Shown here one piece after another: positions 39,839 through 49,184 of a DNA stretch of 64,000 nucleotides. The position numbers and the translations under genes are program-made. This stretch comes from a virus (lineage: Duplodnaviria; Caudoviricetes). The notes below the pieces were generated by a model. It worked only from the letters and a program-made list of their open reading frames with translations, searched no databases and was not told the DNA's origin. Location: IMG/VR virus record IMGVR_UViG_3300029928_000005, positions 34,117 to 98,116 of that record; one strand, written 5' to 3'. The stretch's first letter is position 1; the number at the start of each line of letters is the position of its first letter.

Positions 39839-40055
39839 ACTTTTCATAATGAACACCTTTTTTATCAGGACGACAACGACATCGACATTCAAATTTGTCA
39901 GTAAACATATCACTTAAACAACCATGATATTTATTATCAAATATGCAAGATTGACAACTATATCTATCATTTTCAAAATCGTCTTCAACACATATTACAT
40001 CATATTTAAGAGCATTGCTACAAGCAACTTCTCCTACATTTAGAATTTTATTCGT
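39822..40055 (-). CDS. Cys-rich small protein with ACG (non-canonical or mutated) start; not in ORF track
   Basis: Open frame (M)NKILNVGEVAC..CVED..CQSC..C..CRCRCRPDKKGVHY.., 77 aa, filling the gap between neighbours. Confidence 0.5.
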   Translation of the reverse strand, partial: TNKILNVGEVACSNALKYDVICVEDDFENDRYSCQSCIFDNKYHGCLSDMFTDKFECRCRCRPDKKGVHYEKYEQNK

Positions 40056-40056
40056 A

Positions 40057-40233
40057 TTAATATCTATTAGACATTACAGGAACAACATGGTCTTTAAGTT
40101 TACCACAAGTCTTGCACTTACTTATTATATTAAGTGCTTCAACTTCACCACGAGTATTCTTTATTTCAACCTCTTTATAAGGTTCATAATTATGAATACC
40201 AAGAATACATTTAAAAGTTACTAAATCAGCCAT
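40057..40233 (-). CDS. small Zn-finger protein (58 aa; not in ORF track)
   Basis: MADLVTFKCILGIH...CKTCGK. Confidence 0.65.
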   Translation of the reverse strand: MADLVTFKCILGIHNYEPYKEVEIKNTRGEVEALNIISKCKTCGKLKDHVVPVMSNRY

Positions 40234-40236
40234 AAC

Positions 40237-41124
40237 TTATAATTCATATCCAAGTTCATTAATTTTATTTCTAATAATACCTGCCAAAATTTTGGCATTT
40301 TCATGAGATTTACCTGTAGTTCCATAATATCTTAAATTAATAATTCGTTTCCAAATATCAATAGGATAAGTATATACAACTACAGTTTTAGTATCTAATG
40401 GTAAAACACCACGAGCATCTTGTTTAGGTAATCCTAAAAGAACAAGTTCTTTATAATTAGTAAAACCTTCAATACAAGCCCAAACATATTTATAAAGAGG
40501 TTTATTATTATGAATCCATTCATTAGATAAAGAACTAGTAACATTAATAAATGTAGCATCTTCTGATTTCATCCAATGAGGTCTAACAATTTCACCTTCT
40601 TCATAACAATATCGAGTACTGCGTTCAACAATATTATTAGGACTAACACGATTAAATTCCCTACTAGTACTAATTTGAGTAACACATTTAAAAGTAAGCC
40701 AACAAAGTTGATAACCTAATTCAGTATTACTAAAATGTTCATAAGAAACTTCATATTCTTTTAGACATTCATAATATTTATAATGGTCTATAGCAAAATG
40801 ATGATTAAAATTTATATAAAAGTTATTATTATCACGAGCAACTCTAACATAAGGACTAACTTCATAAATTAAATAAAATTTATGAGCATCAACATTACTT
40901 CTAGGAACAATAAAATAATGAATCCAATGACGAAATACACTATAATGTCTAGAAGCGATAAGGCTTTTAATAAGAATATTATCTTTATCTAGACCCCCCG
41001 TAGAAGATGGATTGGAACCATCCACATCCTTACCATAACAAACTCTTGCTATATTAGCAATATGATTTATCATATCAAATCCATTCTGAAGTATAACTTC
41101 AGCTTTAGGTTCAATTATTTTCAT
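40237..41124 (-). CDS. thyX: flavin-dependent thymidylate synthase
   Basis: ARVCY, H.SVF.H, SREFNR....ERSTRYC, QDARGVLPL, LR...H. Confidence 0.85.
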   Translation of the reverse strand: MKIIEPKAEVILQNGFDMINHIANIARVCYGKDVDGSNPSSTGGLDKDNILIKSLIASRHYSVFRHWIHYFIVPRSNVDAHKFYLIYEVSPYVRVARDNNNFYINFNHHFAIDHYKYYECLKEYEVSYEHFSNTELGYQLCWLTFKCVTQISTSREFNRVSPNNIVERSTRYCYEEGEIVRPHWMKSEDATFINVTSSLSNEWIHNNKPLYKYVWACIEGFTNYKELVLLGLPKQDARGVLPLDTKTVVVYTYPIDIWKRIINLRYYGTTGKSHENAKILAGIIRNKINELGYEL

Positions 41125-41127
41125 AAC

Positions 41128-41316
41128 TTATCTAACTTTATCAGTAATTTCAATTTTATCAGTTTTAACTGTAGACCACATAAATTCTACTTCGTCCATC
41201 TCAAAACCATAATCACGAAGAAGATTTTCGATAACTTTATTTTCATCTTCTTCATCAACATCTATTCGATAGATTTTACCGTCATTATAATTAAGAACAT
41301 AAATATATTCTTTCAT
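41128..41316 (-). CDS. hypothetical protein
   Basis: 62-aa ORF coupled to both neighbours. Confidence 0.7.
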   Translation of the reverse strand: MKEYIYVLNYNDGKIYRIDVDEEDENKVIENLLRDYGFEMDEVEFMWSTVKTDKIEITDKVR

Positions 41317-42029
41317 AACTCTTGTTTTATAAATTCTAATACTCTATAAAATAAAGTCATAAGACTTCCATCATTATTAATTATAAAATCGTATTCAAAA
41401 TTAAGTTCTTCACTTGGATGATTATCTTTAGTAAGATTAGGACGTTCAACTTTAATAATAATACCTTCAGCATTATGAATAGCTTCAGATTCATTACCAA
41501 ATCTTACATCACTAATTAAACAATACTTATTCCTATTTCTAATTTTATTAGCTCTACGAATAGTATCTTCAATCCAAACTTCGTCATAAAGTTGATTACG
41601 ACCAATTTCAGTACCAAACCATTGCATTAAAGTTCTAAGTTTAATACAAGCATTAGTATTCATATATTGATTAAGACCAAAATTAGTATTAATCATTTGA
41701 TTATGAATAATAGTTGTATGTTCTCTTTGAGCAGTTTCAATAGTTACAAATTGTCTTTCTTTTAAATAAAAATATAAAGTATCTTTATAAGCTCTAGAAT
41801 CAAAACATTCTCGTTTAATGCCAAATAATCTACTTAGAATATCTTTAATACCATCAGCAAAACCAATAGTTTGTTTTTTATAAATAGTATTATTAATACC
41901 ATTTACAATCCATTTATTATAATCTACTTTCATAATACCATTTCTCATAATATAATCAATGATATTACAAACTGTATCTTTACCACTATTGCGTAATCCA
42001 GATACACCTATTAATAAATCCTTTTTCAT
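41313..42029 (-). CDS. deoxynucleoside monophosphate kinase
   Basis: Walker A GLRNSGKDT, FAD..K, R.LMQ.FGTE.GR, ISDVRF.NE, H.SE. Confidence 0.9.
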   Translation of the reverse strand: MKKDLLIGVSGLRNSGKDTVCNIIDYIMRNGIMKVDYNKWIVNGINNTIYKKQTIGFADGIKDILSRLFGIKRECFDSRAYKDTLYFYLKERQFVTIETAQREHTTIIHNQMINTNFGLNQYMNTNACIKLRTLMQWFGTEIGRNQLYDEVWIEDTIRRANKIRNRNKYCLISDVRFGNESEAIHNAEGIIIKVERPNLTKDNHPSEELNFEYDFIINNDGSLMTLFYRVLEFIKQEL

Positions 42030-42107
42030 TACTTACTTTATTTGTTTATTTAAATATATAATTAATATATTAGAAACCAATAATTTTTTTTTAGTATTTT
42101 AAGCCCA

Positions 42108-42193
42108 TTTGAGACATTCAAATTAAAAATGGATAGATTGTTCATGTTAATACTAAAAATGCCACAGAACGAACGAGAAGTGCCAAATTTGGC
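42108..42193 (-). repeat. bipartite ~90-bp dispersed element (TTTRAGAC..ATT / GTGCCAAATTTG)
   Basis: 42173-42193 is the exact reverse complement of 8402-8422; similar copy at 58404-58491. Confidence 0.75.
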
Positions 42194-42217
42194 AAGTCCG
42201 ACCATAAATTAGTCCAT

Positions 42218-42250
42218 GAAAAAGCCCAACCACCAAATTGATGATTGGGC
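42218..42250 (-). terminator. intrinsic terminator
   Basis: GCCCAA...TTGGGC stem with U-tract on the - strand. Confidence 0.6.
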
Positions 42251-42259
42251 ATGACCAAC

Positions 42260-42604
42260 TTATTCAATACTATAAACATCATAATCATCATTAGCTTCAA
42301 CATTAGTAAAAACAAAATTAGTTCTATCACTATATTGAAAATAATGTTTATGACCAATAGGACAAATCTTATATCGTCCAAAGTCGTCATAATCTAAACG
42401 ACGACATTCATTATGAAACTTAGTATTACCAAAAGCAATAAATCTATCATAATCTTGAATATCTGGATTAAACTTTTGAAGTTCTACAAAATATTTATAT
42501 CCGGTAGGTAGTTCTCGACTATAAAGAATATTCTTTTTAGCATCATACCAAGTTCCAGCTTTAGATACTTTTATTTTAATTACATCATAACCAATAATAC
42601 ACAT
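42260..42604 (-). CDS. hypothetical protein
   Basis: 114-aa ORF in operon. Confidence 0.75.
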   Translation of the reverse strand: MCIIGYDVIKIKVSKAGTWYDAKKNILYSRELPTGYKYFVELQKFNPDIQDYDRFIAFGNTKFHNECRRLDYDDFGRYKICPIGHKHYFQYSDRTNFVFTNVEANDDYDVYSIE

Positions 42605-42612
42605 TTAATTAA

Positions 42613-43827
42613 TTATTCTATTAGTTTTACTTCCTTTACATGGAAGGGAACACGTCTTATTCCCGAACGCTCCCCATACGTTAGATATATCATCTTCCCT
42701 ATATACTTTTCTTTATTTTCTAATATATCAGCTTGACGACTAGTTGTATAACTAAATCTAGTTTCAAATAATTCATCATTAATATCATTACGACAAAGAA
42801 TAATTGGAAGATAACGACTCTTTTCAGGATAAATATTTACTATTTGAAAATTACCTTCATGTACATCTTTATACTTGACCATATATCCAGCACGTCTCTT
42901 ACCAAATTGATAATCGACATCCGGATTTCTAAGAATAACTCCTTCAAAACCAGCATTAATAAATTGATTACGATATTCAGTAGCTTTATCTTTATTATCT
43001 ACTTCATAAATAGGAAGAACATTAAATAAATTTTGATTATTAATATGTCTATCATAATCAATATTTTCTTTAATTCTAAATCCTTCTAAAACAGTATATA
43101 GATAATTAAATCTAGTTTCTTGACTAGAATCAGGAATAATCAAATCATAACACCAATATTGAAGAAGTTTATTTTGAATACAATTAGGGTCTTTGACAAA
43201 ATGGTCAATAGCATTTACACTATGACCAGGTAAATATATTTCTCCATCTAAAGCCCAACCATCATTAATCATGTGATTAATAATATTAGTTGGAAGATAT
43301 TGAAACATAAAACTAGCAAGAGTATCTAATGTATGCCAAAATGTACCTTCACGACTTTGAAAAGTAAATTTATAAGGACTAAACATATCATCAGCAGGAA
43401 TAGCACGAATAATACATCTTAGACCATTAATCTTCCATTGACCATAATAAAGAGGAACTTTCTTAAAAGTATTTTTATCAAAAGCCTTAGCAAGCATAGG
43501 AAGAAGAAGACCATTAGCGTCATATCTATCATGTTCAAGATAAGTATTAAGCCAATTATAGAGAATTGGGTCATCTCCTTCTCCTACGGGGGGTCTAAAA
43601 TTATCATCCTTGATTTCATCAATAGGTCTATAACCTGTTTTACGTTTATCATTATATCTACTTTTAATTTCAGCATTAGCATCTTTTAGTTTAACAGGAT
43701 ATTTTTCAGTAAGAATTTTACCTCCAACATTTCCATATTGAACTATAATTTTACCATCAGCATCAATAAAAGCTCGCCATTTACAAGGCTTACCAATATT
43801 ATTTCGTCTATATAACCATTCGTTCAT
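42613..43827 (-). CDS. lig: ATP-dependent DNA ligase
   Basis: PMLA, QWKINGLRC (motif I), LDGEIY, EGVILR, VKYK; WGR-like N-terminus. Confidence 0.9.
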   Translation of the reverse strand: MNEWLYRRNNIGKPCKWRAFIDADGKIIVQYGNVGGKILTEKYPVKLKDANAEIKSRYNDKRKTGYRPIDEIKDDNFRPPVGEGDDPILYNWLNTYLEHDRYDANGLLLPMLAKAFDKNTFKKVPLYYGQWKINGLRCIIRAIPADDMFSPYKFTFQSREGTFWHTLDTLASFMFQYLPTNIINHMINDGWALDGEIYLPGHSVNAIDHFVKDPNCIQNKLLQYWCYDLIIPDSSQETRFNYLYTVLEGFRIKENIDYDRHINNQNLFNVLPIYEVDNKDKATEYRNQFINAGFEGVILRNPDVDYQFGKRRAGYMVKYKDVHEGNFQIVNIYPEKSRYLPIILCRNDINDELFETRFSYTTSRQADILENKEKYIGKMIYLTYGERSGIRRVPFHVKEVKLIE

Positions 43828-44306
43828 ATCTTAATAATAACATTATCTTTAGTTAATATTCTAGTAGCTTTAGGCTTAGCTTCTCGTTTCTTTTTAGTAA
43901 CAATAGGTTCAATAATTTCAGCACCAGTAATTAAATCTCTAGACTTAATACTTGTAGCTATTCTCTTACCCCCCGTAGAAGGAGAATTCTTAGCTCCTTT
44001 CTTCTTAGTATAAATAACAGGAGGATTATCTTTTTCAAATTCTAAGTTAGTAATATGTCTTTGTTCAAGTTTTCCTCTATATAAATTACATTGTTCAACA
44101 GTAACAAAATTATTATCAATAGCCATATTAAGAATCTTATTAAATGCTTCCATTAAAAAATTATATCTATAATTAATAGTTTGCATAATTCTTCCAATAG
44201 GAGTTATTTTTGTACAATCTAATTCATTTAGAATATTATCAAGAACTTGAAAATAAGATTTACCAATAAGCCAACTTTCAACTAGTTTTTCTTCATTTTT
44301 GTCCAT
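43824..44306 (-). CDS. hypothetical protein
   Basis: Start reassigned to MDKNEEK. Confidence 0.75.
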   Translation of the reverse strand: MDKNEEKLVESWLIGKSYFQVLDNILNELDCTKITPIGRIMQTINYRYNFLMEAFNKILNMAIDNNFVTVEQCNLYRGKLEQRHITNLEFEKDNPPVIYTKKKGAKNSPSTGGKRIATSIKSRDLITGAEIIEPIVTKKKREAKPKATRILTKDNVIIKI

Positions 44307-44736
44307 AAGGATAAATTTGTTGTCGATAAATAATAACTCTTTTAGGACGACCAACTAATGTATAAGCATAATCCCATACAAGTAAAGGATTAGTACTAAA
44401 TATAAAAGTAGGAGGTTTAATAACTTTATATTGTTCATTTATATTAGAATGAATACAAGTTCCATTTTCATTTACCAGATTAAATCTGATAATAGCTCTA
44501 GCATCTTCTTCATTAGAAGAATTTACTTCTCCATAACAGTATATGGAATCTTTTGACACATTAAGAATATCATCTTCAACAACAAGATTAATACTTTTTT
44601 CGTCATCAAGCTTTTCTTCTTGTTTTTCAGTAATACTTTGCATATAAACATTATAATATTTACCATTATGTTTAATACGGCAAAGAACTGTTCGAGACCT
44701 TATCCCTAATAGATTGATTATGTCTTTCTCGTTCAT
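44293..44736 (-). CDS. hypothetical protein
   Basis: 147-aa ORF in operon. Confidence 0.75.
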   Translation of the reverse strand: MNEKDIINLLGIRSRTVLCRIKHNGKYYNVYMQSITEKQEEKLDDEKSINLVVEDDILNVSKDSIYCYGEVNSSNEEDARAIIRFNLVNENGTCIHSNINEQYKVIKPPTFIFSTNPLLVWDYAYTLVGRPKRVIIYRQQIYPYGQK

Positions 44737-45853
44737 CTTCTATAATCTTAATTGTTTGATTAATAAGATTAAGAATAGTATCATCACTATATAAATTCCT
44801 AAGTTCAGCAAAATCTTTAGCTTCATAACTTCTAGGAATTATAATAGGAAATATATTCCAATCATCTCGATATTTAATAGCACACATATAGCCAGCTCTA
44901 TCATTATCAAATAGACTAACTATCATAGAAGTTTTACTCCTAATAAAATTATATTCTTGTTTAGTAAGAATATGAGTTTCGCTAGGAATATTTACAATAC
45001 CTATACTAAGTTCATCATTGGAGACCCCCCGTAGAAGATGTGTATGTATAAATTCATCTAGACTAATTCTATCTTTACTCGATTTAGTAATTACAATAAA
45101 ATCATAATTATCTAATTCAAGATTCCATACACCTTCAATATGATTACAATTAGTAATAAAGCGAACCTTATTATGTCCTCTTTTAGGAAAATATAATTTC
45201 CAATTATAAATACCTCTACTATCTTGACCTAGAAGATAAGCATAACAAGGGTCGCTTTTGTCATACACATATTTACTCTCAGGATTAATTTTTCTATTAA
45301 TCCAATATTCCTGAACAGGATAAACAAATCTACTATTAAGAAATCCAAGACTAACACCAAATTTAGCCCAATAATTTTTATCATTATTATTCCAACTTCT
45401 ATAGGCTACTTCAATAATATTCTTTTTATTCTTTATAGTAGAAATTGCATTATTAATGTCAGTAATTACACGTTCATCTTTATCTTTTCCATATATAATA
45501 TTTTTAAATGTATAAGCACAATGTCTAAGACAAAACATAAAATCATGTTTATTACTAACATCAAGTTCTCGTTCAGTAATAGTAGACAATACATAAGCAA
45601 TAATATCCCAAATATCTCCCCAGAAATAACCAGCAAAATCTCTAGCTTTAAGTTGTCTTTTATTATTATAAGCAAAACCAAAACTAGGATGTTCATCTTC
45701 TCGAAGAGGACTACAAATAGTACGTCCTGTCTGAACACACCATTCAACTGTTTCTATTGGTATATTGAGATATGTACTAGCAATAAGTTCCTGAGAAACT
45801 TTACTAAGAATATAAGTCTTAGTAAGTTTAGCATTAGCAACACCTCGTCCCAT
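44672..45853 (-). CDS. DnaG-type DNA primase
   Basis: CSPLRED.HPSF zinc-finger-like N-terminus, ITKSSKD, TOPRIM FDND..G, KDFAEL. Confidence 0.85.
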   Translation of the reverse strand: MGRGVANAKLTKTYILSKVSQELIASTYLNIPIETVEWCVQTGRTICSPLREDEHPSFGFAYNNKRQLKARDFAGYFWGDIWDIIAYVLSTITERELDVSNKHDFMFCLRHCAYTFKNIIYGKDKDERVITDINNAISTIKNKKNIIEVAYRSWNNNDKNYWAKFGVSLGFLNSRFVYPVQEYWINRKINPESKYVYDKSDPCYAYLLGQDSRGIYNWKLYFPKRGHNKVRFITNCNHIEGVWNLELDNYDFIVITKSSKDRISLDEFIHTHLLRGVSNDELSIGIVNIPSETHILTKQEYNFIRSKTSMIVSLFDNDRAGYMCAIKYRDDWNIFPIIIPRSYEAKDFAELRNLYSDDTILNLINQTIKIIEDERERHNQSIRDKVSNSSLPY

Positions 45854-45875
45854 TGAAAATCAATCATTTGATATT

Positions 45876-45909
45876 AAAAAACCCGTTATCTAATATATAG
45901 ATAACGGGT
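45876..45909 (-). terminator. intrinsic terminator
   Basis: ACCCGTTATCTA/TAGATAACGGGT stem with U-tract. Confidence 0.8.
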
Positions 45910-45994
45910 CATGTAAACAAATGCGCTAATACTCTGAAAATGATTGATTTAATTGGCACAAACTGTAAGCATCAGCATTAGCAACATTTATAAC

Positions 45995-47032
45995 TTAAAA
46001 AGGCATTTCATCACTTGCAGTTGGGTCTTGGAATTGACTATAATCTACAGGAGCTTGACCAACATTCATATCTGGAGCACCACCAAAGATAGGATTAACA
46101 CCACCAACAGGAACACCGCCTGCAACACCCATAGGATTAGCTGGGGCAGAAGGTTTAGTTTCCCATTTTTGAGGAATAATACTTTCTTTAGACGGGTCTA
46201 CACGAAGAGTAGGAACAACTTCTTTTTCCCACTTTTCGATAATACCTGTACCAATAAAAGTAGGAAATCCTAAATCACCAGTACTATTACCGCCACGAAT
46301 AACAGGTTGCCATTTATTCTTATTCTTAACAAAACGAAGAAGTTTAAGCCAATACCAAGTTTTCTTACCATCCTTATTAACATAACAAGGTTTAGGAGCA
46401 GCATTAGGTTCAAGATTCCAAGTACCATTTAACATAGCTGCTGCATTAGAAAATACTTGTTTATAACCAGCAATAACTTCTTTAACATCAACAGGTTCAT
46501 AAACGAACTTGTTATCATCAGTTACACTAAAATCCTCAAATGGAAGAGTTAAAGCATCTTCTTCTTCAGGAGTTAATTGACGACCTTGCAAATAACAAAC
46601 ATCAAGAAGATGTTTAATCATTGCATTAACATTATCAACTTTCCAAGCATCTTTAGCAAATGGAATAGTATCAGCCGTACTTTCAACAGCCATTAGACGA
46701 ATATAAGCCCAACGCCATTTTTCAGGAGTATCATGTAAACTATGAAAGTTTACTATAAATACAGGAATAGTTTCACCTGCAAATTGAGGCATACCATCAC
46801 TACCGGCATTGATGGTAACTTCCTGCACATCTACAGAATCAATAACTCCCGTAAACAAACCATTAACTCGATTAGCAAGACTTTCGTCATACTTTAAACG
46901 ACTAACAGTTCTAGTTTCATTAGTAATACCTCTTCTGAACTTTTTCTTTGGTTGTTCAGTCATAGGTTGTCCTTGTACTTCATCAGCAGGTTTACCTGCA
47001 TTTACACCATTTGTTGCAACATTTTCTGGCAT
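45995..47032 (-). CDS. single-stranded DNA-binding protein (putative)
   Basis: Flexible Pro/Gly tail ending in acidic DEMPF; located in the replication block. Confidence 0.65.
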   Translation of the reverse strand: MPENVATNGVNAGKPADEVQGQPMTEQPKKKFRRGITNETRTVSRLKYDESLANRVNGLFTGVIDSVDVQEVTINAGSDGMPQFAGETIPVFIVNFHSLHDTPEKWRWAYIRLMAVESTADTIPFAKDAWKVDNVNAMIKHLLDVCYLQGRQLTPEEEDALTLPFEDFSVTDDNKFVYEPVDVKEVIAGYKQVFSNAAAMLNGTWNLEPNAAPKPCYVNKDGKKTWYWLKLLRFVKNKNKWQPVIRGGNSTGDLGFPTFIGTGIIEKWEKEVVPTLRVDPSKESIIPQKWETKPSAPANPMGVAGGVPVGGVNPIFGGAPDMNVGQAPVDYSQFQDPTASDEMPF

Positions 47033-47063
47033 AATTCAATCAATTTATTAATTAAACATTACT

Positions 47064-47101
47064 AAAAACCCTCCTATCAATAATAATATCAATAGGAGGG
47101 T
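47064..47101 (-). terminator. intrinsic terminator
   Basis: ACCCTCCTAT/ATAGGAGGGT stem with U-tract. Confidence 0.75.
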
Positions 47102-47137
47102 CATAATTTCAAAACCTAAATATGGAAAAACAAGAGT

Positions 47138-47977
47138 TTATTCTTTAGTATTACGAACGATAGGGTCTTCGTCCACAGCAGGAGCACATTCTGTTCCAAT
47201 AAATGGAAGAACAGTAATTTCTACTTCTTCATAACCGTTATTAACTTTAATCTTTTCAGCTTGTTCAAGATTAATGTTATAAATACGATTCTTCTTAGAA
47301 ATAGCATCACCCAAATCAGCTTTAATAGTACTCCAAACAGCAGAATCAGTAAAATTAAGAGTAGTACCAACACCCATCATCTTAGCAGAATTAGCACACT
47401 TACTACCAGCAAAAGAAGGAACTTCTTGACCAGATACTAACTTAGAAAGAACTGCAATTAACTCATCTTCTGTAATATCAGGACGAGAAATAGAAGCAAT
47501 CATTTCTTCATTGTTAGAACCAAGAACAGACTGACGAAGTTCAGCCATATTGTTCTTTACATAAGCAGTCTTTTCTTCTTTAGTAAGACGTTCTTTGATA
47601 GTCTTAACATTACCCTTAGAATCAAATTCTTGAATACCCTTAGCGATATACCATTCGTCAAATTCTTTATGAATAGCAAGACGAGCAGCAGGGTCTGCTA
47701 CATCAAGACCATTAGCTTGACAGAATTGCATAATCGGTGCAATATCTTCATTAGAAGGATTCATAATAGCTTCATTAATTGCTGCATCAATCATAGCAAC
47801 ATTATTAATGAACATTACATAATCACCATGCTGGATAGCCAAAAATTTACTTACAGGAGGAGTAATACGAATACCACCCGGAGTAGAAGTAAAAATAATT
47901 TGAGGTTCAACAACTGTTTGACGCTGACCTGCATTAACTACTGTAACACCAAAATTCAAATTACCAAAAGTTTTCAT
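47138..47977 (-). CDS. conserved crAss-like hypothetical protein
   Basis: Start reassigned to MKTFGNLNF. Confidence 0.8.
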   Translation of the reverse strand: MKTFGNLNFGVTVVNAGQRQTVVEPQIIFTSTPGGIRITPPVSKFLAIQHGDYVMFINNVAMIDAAINEAIMNPSNEDIAPIMQFCQANGLDVADPAARLAIHKEFDEWYIAKGIQEFDSKGNVKTIKERLTKEEKTAYVKNNMAELRQSVLGSNNEEMIASISRPDITEDELIAVLSKLVSGQEVPSFAGSKCANSAKMMGVGTTLNFTDSAVWSTIKADLGDAISKKNRIYNINLEQAEKIKVNNGYEEVEITVLPFIGTECAPAVDEDPIVRNTKE

Positions 47978-48033
47978 AACTTTAAAACGTTTTAAATTTA
48001 ACAATAATATTAATTGGAATAATAATGATTTCT

Positions 48034-48180
48034 TTAATCAATTCTTTTAATAACATAATTTTCTCTATCATTTAAAAGAGAAATTTCAGAAAGTAATGCT
48101 TTACTAAATTCAAGATTATATTTTTTACTATAATCAGAACCTTTTAAAGCACTTTCAATACTTTTTTCTACTTCATTCAT
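48034..48180 (-). CDS. small hypothetical protein (48 aa; not in ORF track)
   Basis: MNEVEKSIESALKGSDYSKKYNLEFS..., ATGA overlap with the upstream stop. Confidence 0.4.
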   Translation of the reverse strand: MNEVEKSIESALKGSDYSKKYNLEFSKALLSEISLLNDRENYVIKRID

Positions 48181-49127
48181 GCTATTTCTATTACATCAGT
48201 ATCAGTAATATCAATATTATTAATTTGTTTAAGTTCTGTAAGTTCCATACAACCCATAAGTAAATCGCTAGCAATTTCACGAGCACCATAAACAAATGCT
48301 CTATGACTTATCATAATTCTAGCATATTTCTTATAAGTATCTTTAGAAAAAGCATCAGCAGTAACAGCTTCAGAATAACTATAATGACCAAGAGCTTCTA
48401 CAAGTTCAAGTTTACCATTAACGTTAAAGTATCTTTTAAACCAATAAGAAGTTCTATAATCACTAGGAACAGCAGGTATTCTAAAAATTGGTATTTTCTT
48501 TTGTGCAATTATTTGTTGAGCATGTTGTTTATTTAAAGCTACAACAAAATTAGAATTAAGTTGATAATCTTTATAAATATTACCGTCGTATCCTTGATAG
48601 AAACGTACAGGATAAACATAAAGATTATCTATACCATTTTTATTATCTTCTTCTGTTTTAGCATCAGCTTCTTTTTTATTCTTACATTTAATAGCATCAA
48701 CTGGAAGTTTATCTTCAACAAAGCTATTCCAACCATCTGTATATTCATACAGAGGAATATAATCTTCTTTTACGCCAAACATTATTCCTGCCTTTGATAG
48801 AATAGCTTTTATTATATGTACATCAATACCTGTTTTACCATTAATAACATGAATATGTTCAAGACAAGTACTAAAAGGAAGACCTAAATCTTGAGCACGC
48901 ATCATAATAGCTAAACCATCTTCAATAGTTTTAATACCACCTTTGTCTGTTTTAAGCATTCGTTTAAGAAAAACTTCAGCTTTAGCAACATCTTCAGGAT
49001 TAAGAAGATTTATATTATTGACTGATTCATGTTTAATAGCAATAGGATTAACATTTGTCGAAGACTTAGCAACAACATTAGACGTAGCTGTTGTCGCTTC
49101 TACATCTTTAACCTCTCGTTCGTCCAT
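48177..49127 (-). CDS. RecT-like single-strand annealing protein
   Basis: A..LGLP.....IHVINGK, S..EA..A, Y.KY...M..HRA....AR. Confidence 0.7.
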   Translation of the reverse strand: MDEREVKDVEATTATSNVVAKSSTNVNPIAIKHESVNNINLLNPEDVAKAEVFLKRMLKTDKGGIKTIEDGLAIMMRAQDLGLPFSTCLEHIHVINGKTGIDVHIIKAILSKAGIMFGVKEDYIPLYEYTDGWNSFVEDKLPVDAIKCKNKKEADAKTEEDNKNGIDNLYVYPVRFYQGYDGNIYKDYQLNSNFVVALNKQHAQQIIAQKKIPIFRIPAVPSDYRTSYWFKRYFNVNGKLELVEALGHYSYSEAVTADAFSKDTYKKYARIMISHRAFVYGAREIASDLLMGCMELTELKQINNIDITDTDVIEIA

Positions 49128-49184
49128 ATTTCAAAGACCTCTTGTTTGATTATTACACTACAAATATAATACATTATTTTAAAT

